Assembly: GCA_051362555.1 (NCBI GenBank)
Contig: CM120640.1
Span: 55,344,788 to 55,408,787 of the forward strand
Length of the DNA: 64,000 nt
Direction: 5' to 3'
Origin: Lingula anatina
Taxonomy: Eukaryota > Animalia > Brachiopoda
Positions within the stretch are counted from its first letter, which is position 1. The number at the start of each line of letters is the position of its first letter. The notes beneath the pieces were generated by a model. That model ran no database searches. It saw only the letters and a program-made list of their open reading frames with translations, and was not told the DNA's origin. Of the stretch, positions 27,301 to 39,000 are shown one piece after another. A program made the translations under genes and the position numbers.

Positions 27301-28000
27301 AAAACAAGATTGGTAGTTGTTCTATGAAACATATTTTCTTCTGTTATAATAACATACACTAATCTTTGACCATTTGGATGATTTTGCAAATTTTTTTCAA
27401 GTTTAATGCATAATCTAAACTTTTTAATTGATAAAACCATCTCCGATATAATTTTGCTATTTGATGTACTGCATACCGATTTCAAATAAATTAGATTCAG
27501 AATGAACAAGAATATGGGTGGTGATTTCCTTTCAGAAAAAATGCATATAATGAAGAAAGTTTATTGCACTCATTTCACAATACACTTTTCACTTGTGGTG
27601 ACATCTGGCTAATATTTTCTATTCTAAAGCATGGCAGCAAGTGAAAAACTTTAACAAACTGTTGATATATAAAATTAATTTAAAGAAAAAAATCATTTAT
27701 TTGATACCACTCTGTCATGCACAATTTTTAAAATTTTTTTGTCCATGGGACAAACAATTTGACAAAATATTATGTAAAATCGGTAAACATAAATAAAACT
27801 AGAGGATCAGAGAGGCGATACCGCCTCCAAATATTGTACCACCAGCTGGAGCAAGCGCATTCGTATAGACCCCCACATACACAAAATAAGTGACACAGCC
27901 ACCAGTTTTGTGCTTGACAAGCTGTAAAAATGCAATCAACAAGAATTTTTAAACTATTGCAAAAAAAATATAGGGTACAATCAAATTTAAGTTCTTCGTA

Positions 28001-29570
28001 AGGTAGGTCAAGGGTCAATTTCAAGGTCACAGTAAATTGCCAGTATATGACTTCCTATTCAAGTTCAAGAGTAACTATGGACCTATCTCTGTCAAGTTTG
28101 AAGTTAAAAGAGAAAGAAATTAGCAGAGTTCAGTTCATGATAAAAAGTAGGTCAAAGGTCAATTTCAAGGTCACACTTAGATTGCCAGTATAGGACTTCC
28201 TATTCAACTTTTATAGTAACTATGGACCTATCTCAGCCAGTTTTGGAGATAAAAGGGAAGCAAATTTTGCAAAATTCAGTTCATGGTGAAAAGTAGGTCA
28301 AAGGTCAATTTCAAGGTCACATTTAGATTGCCAGCTTATGACTTTCTATTCAAGTGCAATAGTAACTATGGACCTATCTCTGCCAGTTTTGGAGATAAAA
28401 GGGAAGCAAAATTTGCAAAGTTCAGTTTATGGTGAAAAGTAGGACAAAGGTCAATTTTAAGGTCACATTTAGATTGCCAGTATATGACTTCCTATTCAGG
28501 TTCAATAGTAACTATGGACCTATCTCAGCCAGTTTTGGAGATAAAAGGGAAGCAAAATTTGCAAAATGCAGTTCATGGTGTAAAGTAGGTCAAAGGTCAA
28601 TTTTAAGGTCACATTTAGATTGCCAGTATATGACTTCCTTTTCAAGTTCAATAGTAACTATGGACCTATCTCAGCCAGTTTTGGAGATAAAAGGGAAGCA
28701 AAATTTGCAAAATTCAGTTCATGGTGTAAAGTAGGTCAAAGGTCAATTTCAAGGTCACATTTAGATTGCCAGTATATGACTTCCTATTCAAGTTCAATAG
28801 TAACTATGGACCTATCTCTGCCAGTTTTGGAGATAAAAGGGAAGCAAAATTTGCAAAGTTCAGTTCATGGTGAAAAGTAGGTCAAAGGTCAATTTCAAGG
28901 TCACATTTAGATTGCCAGTATATGACTTCCTATTCAAGTTCAATAGTAACTACGGACCTATCTCAGCCAGTTTTGGAGATAAAAGGAAAACAAAATTTGC
29001 AAAATTCAGTTCATGGTGTAAAGTAGGTCAAAGGTCAATTTTAAGGTCACATTTAGATTGCCAGTATATGACTTCCTATTCAACTTCAATAGTAACTATG
29101 GACCTATCTCTGCCAGTTTTGGAGATAAAAGGGAAGAAAAATTTGCAAAGTTCACTTCATGGTGAAAAGTAGGTCAAAGGTCAATTTTAATGTCACATAT
29201 AGATTGCCAGTATATGACTTCCTATTCAAGTTCAATAGTAACTACGGACCTACCTCTGCCAGTTTTGGAGATAAAAGGAAAGCAAAATTTGCAAAATTCA
29301 GTTCATGGTGTAAAGTAGGTCAAAGGTCAATTTTAAGGTCACATTTAGATTGCCAGTATATGACTTCCTATTCAAGTTCAATAGTAACTATGGACCTATC
29401 TCTGCCAGTTTTGGAGATAAAAGGGAAGAAAAATTTGCAAAGTTCAGTTCATGGTGAAAAGTAGGTCAAAGGTCAATTTCAAGGTCATAGTAAGATTGCC
29501 AGTATATGACTTCCTATTCAACATCAATATTAACTATGGACCTATCTCTGCCAGTTTTGGAGATATAAGG
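28001..29570 (+). repeat. Tandem array of ~11 x 146-bp units, probably the core array of a Helentron-associated non-autonomous element
   Basis: aagtaggtcaaaggtcaattt recurs every 146 bp from ~28146 to ~29459. It is preceded at ~27795 by aaactagag plus hairpin gaggcg-atac-cgcctc, a layout resembling HINE-type elements (inference). Confidence 0.9.
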
Positions 29571-29825
29571 GACTAGATGTTATAATTTTGGAGTTACCAT
29601 AATGTGCCTTAAATTTCGTACAGAAAAAATTAATTAAAATAAAGAAAATGTCATTTTGGTCAAAATTCTTGAAATAGGAGGTGCTCTGAAGTTTCAGAAG
29701 TTCAAATTTGATGAAATAATGTCATTTTTGAACACAAGTTGTCTGCTTTGCCAAGCCTTATGTTTTATTTTTCCAGAGTTCAAAATTTATTATCTATTAC
29801 CGTACTGCACATTTTGCTTTTACCA

Positions 29826-29828
<3 letters not shown>

Positions 29829-29878
<50 letters not shown>
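29829..29878. repeat. (AT)n microsatellite
   Basis: About 25 perfect AT units. Confidence 0.95.
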
Positions 29879-29882
<4 letters not shown>

Positions 29883-30054
29883 AACGTTTTTATGTCACAA
29901 ATACAGTAGTGATCATAATTAAAATATTGATAATTAATGGTTCTAGAAAAACTGAAGGAGTAGATTTCAAAACTGGTTTTGTGCAGTAAGCAAATATGGG
30001 CAATTTTATTCAATAAATACTTTTTGTCAAAGAAGTCACCAAAGGAGATCACAG

Positions 30055-33000
30055 TCATTCTAAAAAGTCCACAACTTCATCTAATTCCCTTCTCCTTGCC
30101 TCCTGGTGTGCCCATCTTGCTTCTGCTAGTTCTGGAGTCACTTTCCAATTTTCATGATATATTCTATTACTACAGCTGGGACATTTCTTCCCACCTGAAA
30201 GGTTGATAACATTATACACTATGCATTTTTAAGAAAATGATAATTATGTACTTTGGGTGATTATTTACAAAATTATGGATAAAGACAAATTATTTCATTT
30301 ACTGTGATGGAACAGCTCTGAGTTTTTATTTAATTAACATAGTATTTGAGCGTGATCTCAACAATGCAGAATTCAAGAAATTTTTGTTCAACATTCTTAA
30401 CAAAAATTCAAAATTAATCTTATTAATCTACATAGCTCATAGCAAAAGGACAAAAATATTGAAGTTACCTGTGAAAGGTGGTGTTTTCATGTAGATGTCT
30501 AAGCAACCATGATGAAATGTGTGACCACAATAAACCCGCTCTGCAAACTTCTCATGATTTGGTTCATTTATTATTTCCTACAAAACCAATCAAAAGTGTT
30601 TTTATATTCAAAAATAAACCTCACTGCCTTACTTCTGGAAAGCAAAAGACAAAATATGATTGGAGCTGTTTTATAAGTCATAGCATATTAATGTTTATTG
30701 TTTTCTAAATAGTAAGGTGGTGCCCAAGAGAAAAATAATTTTCAATGAACATTTTCATACCCCGAAAGCACTACATCTGTCCATCTGTTAACAATTCTTT
30801 GACTGGATAACTCCTCCCTTATTATTCAAGGAATTGCTTCACTACTGAATGATTGATATTGATGCGCCAAAAAAGTGGGATAATTAAGACTGCACCATTT
30901 AACTTTGAACTTTTTTAAAGGTGAAATACATTTTTAAAAAATCTTTCAGGATTGAAAATTATCTCTAAAACTAGAAGAGATACACCCACCATTACTTGCA
31001 CTTATATATGGCAAATCCAAATGAGATCTTGAATTTTACATTTGACCTACTTTAAATTTTTCTCTTTACTTTTAATTTTCAAATCTGCGCATCTCCAAAA
31101 CTAGAAGAAACAAGGCAGCAAAGCTGTCAAATGTACAGACAAAAAACAGGAAATAACTATGCACAAAATAGGCTACTGTCAATTCTGATGCAAAAATACA
31201 TTATGTTAAACTGCAAATTCAACATCAAATTTTAATTATCATCAACAGGTAATACCAATGTAATTAAAATATGTGACAAGTTTACACTTTGAAAATGTAT
31301 AACTTCCAGAAAAAGAAGTTCCTTAGACTGCTTTTCCAACTCAGACTGCATTTTAGTCCTGTATTTCTTTTTTGAAAGTTTGGCAATCATAAGTAACATG
31401 GTTTTCCCATAATGGTCATCATGGCAGCAGCACCCAAAATTGTGTTTTCTTCTATTCTGATGCAATATTACATAATGGTTAACAGCATAATAACTCAATT
31501 TTAATAATAAAATATACGTATCATGGATTTTCAGAAAATGTGACTAGCATGGGTCTTCAAGCCCGTGGAACTTCAAAGTCACACCTTGAAAATGCCAGTA
31601 TGTGAAAAATTAAATTTTCACAAAATAACTGTTTAACTGGCAGCAAGAATTACCAAACAGACTGTATTTCCTACTTTTCTTTCCTGTAAGTTTGAGAACA
31701 GTAAATGACATGGTTTTTCTTAAATGGTCATCATGGGAGCAGTGCCCAAAATAGTTTTTTTTTTCAAATTTTGATGCAATATTACATAATGTTTAACAGC
31801 ATAATGACCATCAACTTTAATAATAAAATATTAGTATTATGGATATTCAGAAAATGTGACTAGCAAAGGTCTTCAGGCCCATGGAACTTCAAAGTCACAA
31901 CTTGAAAATGCCAAAATGTAAACGAGACAGCACTGTTCTGAAATGTTTTTTTTTTTCCATTTTTAACAATTTTTAACATAAAACAAAATTATCAGTTTTC
32001 TGCCGTTTCTATATGATAAACTAAGAAAATTGATGAGATGGGAAAAATATCAACAGAGCAGTGTTAAATGTCCAACCTCTTCCATTCTGAGATTCTGAAC
32101 ATAGTGAATGATTGAATCTGACAAACTGCAATGATATGAGTTTATTTCCATTTTTGAAACTTTATTACACAATACACGATAACAAGTTTACCATCATTTT
32201 TACATAATCAACTAATAATGTTGTAAAATTGCAGGAAATGCCAAACAAACACTTTTACGTATCTTATTAGTTCAATAATGAAACTGTTTACATGCCTAAG
32301 AATTAAATCTGAGGAAATGTGAAAAAACTGCATTTCTTTAAAATAATGGCCCGATTATGCTGATTTTTGAACTCAACCTGCGTTTTAGCAGGAATGACCA
32401 CTCCTGTGAGTTTAATGACAATTGGCCTATCTGTTTTTCTTATATTGTGTTTACAGTGTTGCATATATGCTGAAAAGTGAAAAAAAAAAGCATAACTACT
32501 AAAATAGTGGCCCGATCATGCCGATTTTCGAACTTGACCTGCATTTTATGAATATTCATCAGCTCTGTAAATATACAGCCAAAAAGTAAAACTGCCTTCC
32601 ACTTATCGTGTTTACAATGAAAGTGCATGGCGCCGGCGACAGCGACAGTGACGGCAACGACGGCGACGACAGACGCAGGTGATGGTAATATGTACATGTA
32701 GTGTATTAGCCTATGGATCGTTTACGCGTCACGCCAGGTGTCGCATGACACCTGGTACCATGTGACTTGACGCGGGAATCTTGAATGTAATAAAGCAGAA
32801 CTCACAACAATGGCGACGAGGATGGTCACATTTTATTACGTTGAATGATAATTTTACGATTTTAAACAACATGGAGCCTCTATGCTCAAATGAAATTGAC
32901 AATAGTTGTGAGGAAACACGGATTACACATATGGAAAACGAAATTAGACACTTGAACTCAAAATTTGAAGGACTATGTGAAAACGTTTATAAAATGACAG

Positions 33001-36000
33001 AAGGACTGCAGAAATTTCAAACAGAATTTATCTCATATATGAGACGTGACAATCCATCCTTATTGGAAAATTCAGCTGCACCCTTGACTCATGCTCAGCA
33101 AGGACACATTGAGATAAATGATCCTCATGATGCCGATGCTACACCTGTCTCTGTTACTTCAACGGAGTCTTCAACTCATGGTTTAGCTGAGCGAATAAGT
33201 TCAAATGCTGATTTTATACCAGACCCGGGGCAACCAGTTGTCAGTGACCCAACCGTTCCAGCGTACCGTTATGGACGTCAGAATTATGATGCGAGAGGGC
33301 CACATCTACAATTCTGTGAGGATGTACCCATATTTACTCCCACGCAAAGATCGCGGCCAGTGGACACTCCCCTGTATACTGACGAAAACCGACAACCACC
33401 TCCAACAGGTAGGTCATTTCCCATATACAATGAGTCACACATTACCTGCCCCCAGCCGCCCACCCGTTTTCAATCATATGATGGAAGTACTAACTTCTAT
33501 TCATATTACGTAAAATTATGTTGCGTTGCTGAGAGCAAGGGATGGGGAGTCAAAGAAATCTATGAAATCATGATCACCTCACTAGAAGGTAAAGCCCTCG
33601 ACGAGTTTGTAAAACTACCTCCTAACGAAAGAATGCACCTACACAGTGTTGTGGATACCCTTATGAAATGTTTCGGAAAAACTGAAAATTCATCATTGGC
33701 GCGAACAGAACTGGCCGCTATAAAACAAAAAGAAAACGAAAGCTACGAAGAATTTGGCTCACGTGTGAGAATATTAGCGTTGTCTGCCTACCGTGGTACT
33801 GGCCTATTCAATCAAATGGCCACTGAATCGTTTTTACGTGGGTGTTCAGATAAAGATTTAGTGGGAAAAGTGATGTGCATGAGACCTAGAACATTAGAAG
33901 AGGCGGTCGAAAATGCCCGTACGTGTGGAGCAAATATGCAAATTTTGGGGTTACGCAATGAAAATTGTAATAAGCAAGTGCGCAAAGTTATTTTTAAAGA
34001 ACCCCAGTCTCCATGTACAGATCATATTGAGCGTCAAAATCCACCAAATGTGACTCGCGTTCAGTTTTCACCTCGTAGCTCGAGTCCTAATCGGGCAAAA
34101 TCATTTCAGTCGAATGATGCAGAGCAGAGGTTGCAAAACATTGAATCCTCGTTGTTAGAATTGATTCAGTTATTCCGTCAGTCCGTGAACCAAACGCAAA
34201 AGGGCAATGACACTCAGATTGGTACACCCCCTAGGGGCATCACAAGGTGCTATAATTGCCATGAAACGGGTCACATAAGCACAAATTGTCCCCAGAAAAA
34301 CAGTGATTCGTTAAACCGCAACAGGTCGCCTGTGCGGTCCAACAATCGACCTCAGCTGCAGTAGGACCAAATCTGATCCCACACACCGTTTATTGTAATG
34401 GCATGGCCAAAGGCGAAAGTTTAGTGGTCCCCATACATGTCAATGGAATCAAAACTAACGCTGTTATCGACACGGCAGCGCAAGTGACCATAGTAAGTGA
34501 CAAGCTGTTATCACAAATTACTGGAGAAATTACTTACGGCGGGTACCATGACATAAAAGGTATACCGCAGATTAGCTTACGAGCAAGAGAAATAAAAGGC
34601 CTAAAATTAGCAATTGGTTCAGAAGTGTATGAATGGACAGCACTTGCAGCTCCTATCCCAGACAATGTTTTATTGGGTTTAGATTTCTTGAAAATGTTTG
34701 AGTGTAACATCTGTCTGGAAAACAATTTCATATCGTTGACCAGACCAGATTCTTCAGATAGAAGACGCAATAAAGTTCATGCCTCTATAAGAAAAGGTAG
34801 TGACAATTATTTAGTGGCAAATCGTGTTATTTTATCAAAGAAAGTTGCTGTTCCACCGCATTCTGAGAAGTTTGTTCAGGTTCCCTTTGTGGCGGAAAGG
34901 AACAAAACCTTTTTACTCAACGCCCCTAAACATGATCAGAAGGGTCTTTCGGTGCCCTATGGGTTGATAAGCACCGATTTTACGGATGCTTGCCTCAGTT
35001 GTTCAATCGCTCTAAGGAATGAGACTGATAAGTCAATTACCTTAAAAGCAGGTCATGTGATGGGTGATTTGGAAGAGATTGAGCGTGTACTGGGATATCC
35101 TGAGAGTTTTGACAGTTCGAATGTGCACCAGTCTTTCTCGGTGTTGAAAGTTGATGTGAACTCTAACGATGTGGAGAATAATATTCCTGAACACGTGCGC
35201 GATTTGTGGAAACGATCTAGTGAGGATTTGTCTGATGAGCAGTCTCTCAAATTAGGCAATCTTTTGATAAAATATGCCGATGTTTTTTCCAAATCTGAAT
35301 TTGATATCGGTCATTTTACAAAGATTAAACATAGAATTGATACCAACGAAGCAAAGCCTATTAAACAAAGACTGAGACGCACACCTCTGGGTTTCGAGCA
35401 AGAGGAAAAGGCAACATTAGATAAATTGTTAGCCGCTGACATTGTGCAACCCTCTTGTTCCGAATGGGCATCCTCTCCTGTTTTAGTGAGAAAAAAGGAC
35501 GGCACTTTGAGATATTGCATAGATTTTCGTGCTTTAAATAAAGTGACCGTTAAGGATGTGTATCCACTACCGCAAATAGACGAATGCTTAGATGTTTTAG
35601 CGGGCACTCGGTATTTCAGCACTCTTGATATGAACTGTGCTTATTATCAGGTTGAAGTTGAGGAAAGCTCCCGGCCTAAAACCGCTTTTATGACCAAGTA
35701 CGGTTTGTTTGAGTTTAAGAGACTACCGTTTGGTTTGACTAACAGCCCTGCTACTTTCATGCGAGCAGTCAATTCAGTTCTGCATGGTTTGACGTGGAGA
35801 CAAGTACTCGCTTACTTGGATGATGTTGTTGTGCTTGGGAACAGTTTTGATGATTCTATAGCCAATATTGCACTGGTGTTGGATAGATTCAAAGAAAATG
35901 GATTGAAATTAAAACCATCCAAGTGTTCATTACTCAAAAGGAGTGTTCTCTATTTGGGCAAATTGGTAGATGAGAATGGCATTGCTCCAAATCCTGACAG

Positions 36001-39000
36001 TATAAAAGCAGTTCAACGTTGGCCACGTCCAAAATGTAAGAAAGATGTGGAAAGATTTCTTGGTCTAGTTAATTACCATAGAAGTCACATAAAATGTTTT
36101 GCTGCTATGTCTGGTATACTGTATGATTTGACCAAAAACAAAAGTGTTTTTAATTGGACTAATGAACACGAAGTTGCATTCAATGACTTGAAACAGGCTT
36201 TGGTCCATAGTCCCGTGCTGAGCTTTCCAGACAGTGATGGTTTATTTATTTTAGACACGGACGCCAGTGATACTTGTATTGGAGCTGAGCTCATACAGGT
36301 GCAAAATGACACTGAAAAGGTCATTAGTTATGGCAGTTTTGCTCTCACTCCTAGTCAACGTCGTTATTGCACGACTAAAAAGGAGCTTTTAGCAGTAGTC
36401 CGATTTACTCGGCAGTACAGGCACTATCTACTTGGTAGAAAGTTTGTAATAAGGACAGATCATTGCAGTTTGACTTGGATCATGCGTTTTAAATTGCTCA
36501 ATGGTGTTTTAGCAAGGTGGATGGAGGAATTGGCTCAGTATGATTTCGAAATTCAGCACAGATCGGGAAAAAACCACAGTAATGCTGATTCATTGTCACG
36601 CATTCCTCTTCAGCACAAAGACTGTTATTACTATGAAGATGGTTGTGATGTGACAAAGTTACCTTGTGGAGGCTGTCATCACTGTACCAGGCTTCATGAA
36701 GAATGGGACAGATTTAATAAAGATGTCGATTACATAGGGCCCCTGTCTCTAAGAAGCGTGAAAACTGTTACACCTGCCGTAGACCCACCCAGGGAAAATA
36801 CTGGGAATGTTGAATTGTTTGCAAAGTATACAGCAAGTCAACTCAGAGAAGCGCAATTAAAAGATAATCACTTATTAAAGGTGATAGGTTGGATTGAGGA
36901 AAATGTAAGTCCTTCTCAAGAGGAGTTGCAACTATGCTCGACAGCTGTGAAATTTTTATGGACAAACTTCAATTTGCTGTCCATGAAAGATGGTGTTTTA
37001 TATTACAGCAGGTTTGATAAAGGCTCTTTTAACCCTCTTTTGGTATTACCCAAAGAATTTCAACAGGAAGCCTTATCATTGTGTCATGACCCTGTTATTT
37101 CAGGTCATCAAGGGATTGCTCGGACTCTTTCTAAGTTGAGACAAAGTGTATTTTGGTATGGAATGACTACCGACTGCAAACTGTATGTCAATTCATGTGT
37201 GGCCTGTGAAAAAAATAAAAAGGCAAACAGGAAATTCAGAGCTGAATTGCAAAATTTCCATGCCGGTGCACCTTTAGAGAGAGTTCACATAGATATTTTA
37301 GGACCACTTACTCCCAGTAAATCAGGGAATAAGTACATTTTAGTTGTCGTATGTCAGTTCACTAAATGGGTGGAAGCGTATCCATTAGCGGACCAAACTG
37401 CAGATACGGTTAGCAAAACATTGGTAAACAATTTCATTGCTAGGTTTGGTTGTCCAACTATCATACATTCCGACATGGGTGCCAATTTTACAAGTGAATT
37501 GTTTAGTAATGTTTGTAGTTTACTGTCCATTAATAAAACTCAAACCAGTCCGTACAGGCCGAGTTCGAATGGCGCCGTCGAGCGTCAGAATAGGACTATC
37601 ATGCAGTGCATACGGTGTTATTTGGAAGGACAGGACAGTAATTGGGATGAACATTTATCTTTAATTACAAGCGCAATCAGGGCGGTCCCTAACAGACAAA
37701 CAGGTCTGACCCCAAACATGTTGATGTTTGGAAGGGAAACTAGACAGCCCATTGATTTTACGTTTGGTTTAAAATCTATTAAAGGAGATGTTGAACCAAA
37801 TAGCTATGTCATGCAATTAAAAGAGAAGCTAGAGAGCGTTCACGAGTTGGCCAGAAAATGTCTCGGCGAAAATTTAAAGACACAAAAAGCGTACTATGAC
37901 GCAAATGCCAGACAGACACAATATTGTAAAGGTGACCTAGTGTATAGATATAATAACATGTCAAAACCCGGTCGTTCAAAGAAATTACAGCCTGTATGGC
38001 TCGGTCCCTTCAAAATTATTGAGGTGCTTTCTCCAATTTTGTATAAGATAAAAACAAAAAGAAAAGTTGTGGTGGTGCATCATGATCACTTAAAGCCCTG
38101 TAAGGGAAGGGGGGCCCTAAAACCCTCCAAAGCTAAATGTGTGACTCCTCCTAATGTGGGTGATGACCAACCACAAGGTGATAGAACTGTCAAAGATGCT
38201 GTTGTTACGAGAAGTGGCAGAACAGTTATACCTCCAATACGTTATTGTTGAGAGGAAGACTCAGAACTAATGAGGTTATTATTAACAGATGTGACAGCGA
38301 TATCCACTACAATACGTTATGCCAAGGACAAGTTACTGAGATAATGGGACATTTTCTGTGAACTCTATTGACTTTGAACAGAACATTGACTATGTTTTAC
38401 ATACATATATTGGCTACATTATACTGAGCCTGTATTTGCATTAAATATTCTATTCATACAAGTGACACAATTATATGTCGTTCACTTTATCAAGGCATTT
38501 GTAAAAGTTGTTTGTATTCTGAAGCTGTTTGGATGCACAGTACAGTCTTGTGAGTAAAGTGCATGTGTCATGTTGATAATGCAGATTTAGCATAATTAGT
38601 AAAGTTCATATGTGCCGTTTATGCAGTAATGCATGCACATTTATATATAAAAATATGGGACTTGAAAGTATGCACTGTTTAACACAACATGTTACCTTAG
38701 TTATAAGGAAATAATGTATTTATATGTGCCGTTAATATGTAATGTATATGCACAATTATTATTTACTATGCACAAAAATAGATCTCATTATCATTAACTG
38801 TGCTGATGTAAGGCATACAATACATATAACATTGTCATTTAAAGCAAGGGTTGACTAAGATGCTGTTGATAAAGTGTAATCCGTATGTATGTTAAAGTTA
38901 TGTCAACAATTGTAATTAATTCACACTTATCTTAATTATCAGTGGTTTTTATATAAGCATGTTTTGAAAATATGATGGGGAGGAATGTAGTGTATTAGCC

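Noticed and set aside
28429-29464. Repeated ~101-aa ORFs (MVKSRSKVNFKVTFRLPVYDF...)
   Set aside because: Products of the 146-bp non-triplet tandem repeat; no domain or splice structure.
28001-29570. CRISPR-like array
   Set aside because: Whole units are repeated with no unique spacers; eukaryotic context and no cas genes.
32811-32825. tRNA gene
   Set aside because: Only 15 nt complementary to a tRNA 3' end including CCA; it is the retrotransposon PBS.
32781-32870. Gag start at 32781 as in the ORF track
   Set aside because: It is a TTG inside the LTR upstream of the PBS; the first in-frame ATG is at 32871.
38252-38973. Possible env or accessory ORF in the Gypsy 3' region
   Set aside because: AT-rich with no ORF of 60 aa or more; only short imperfect repeats (atatgtgccgtt x2).
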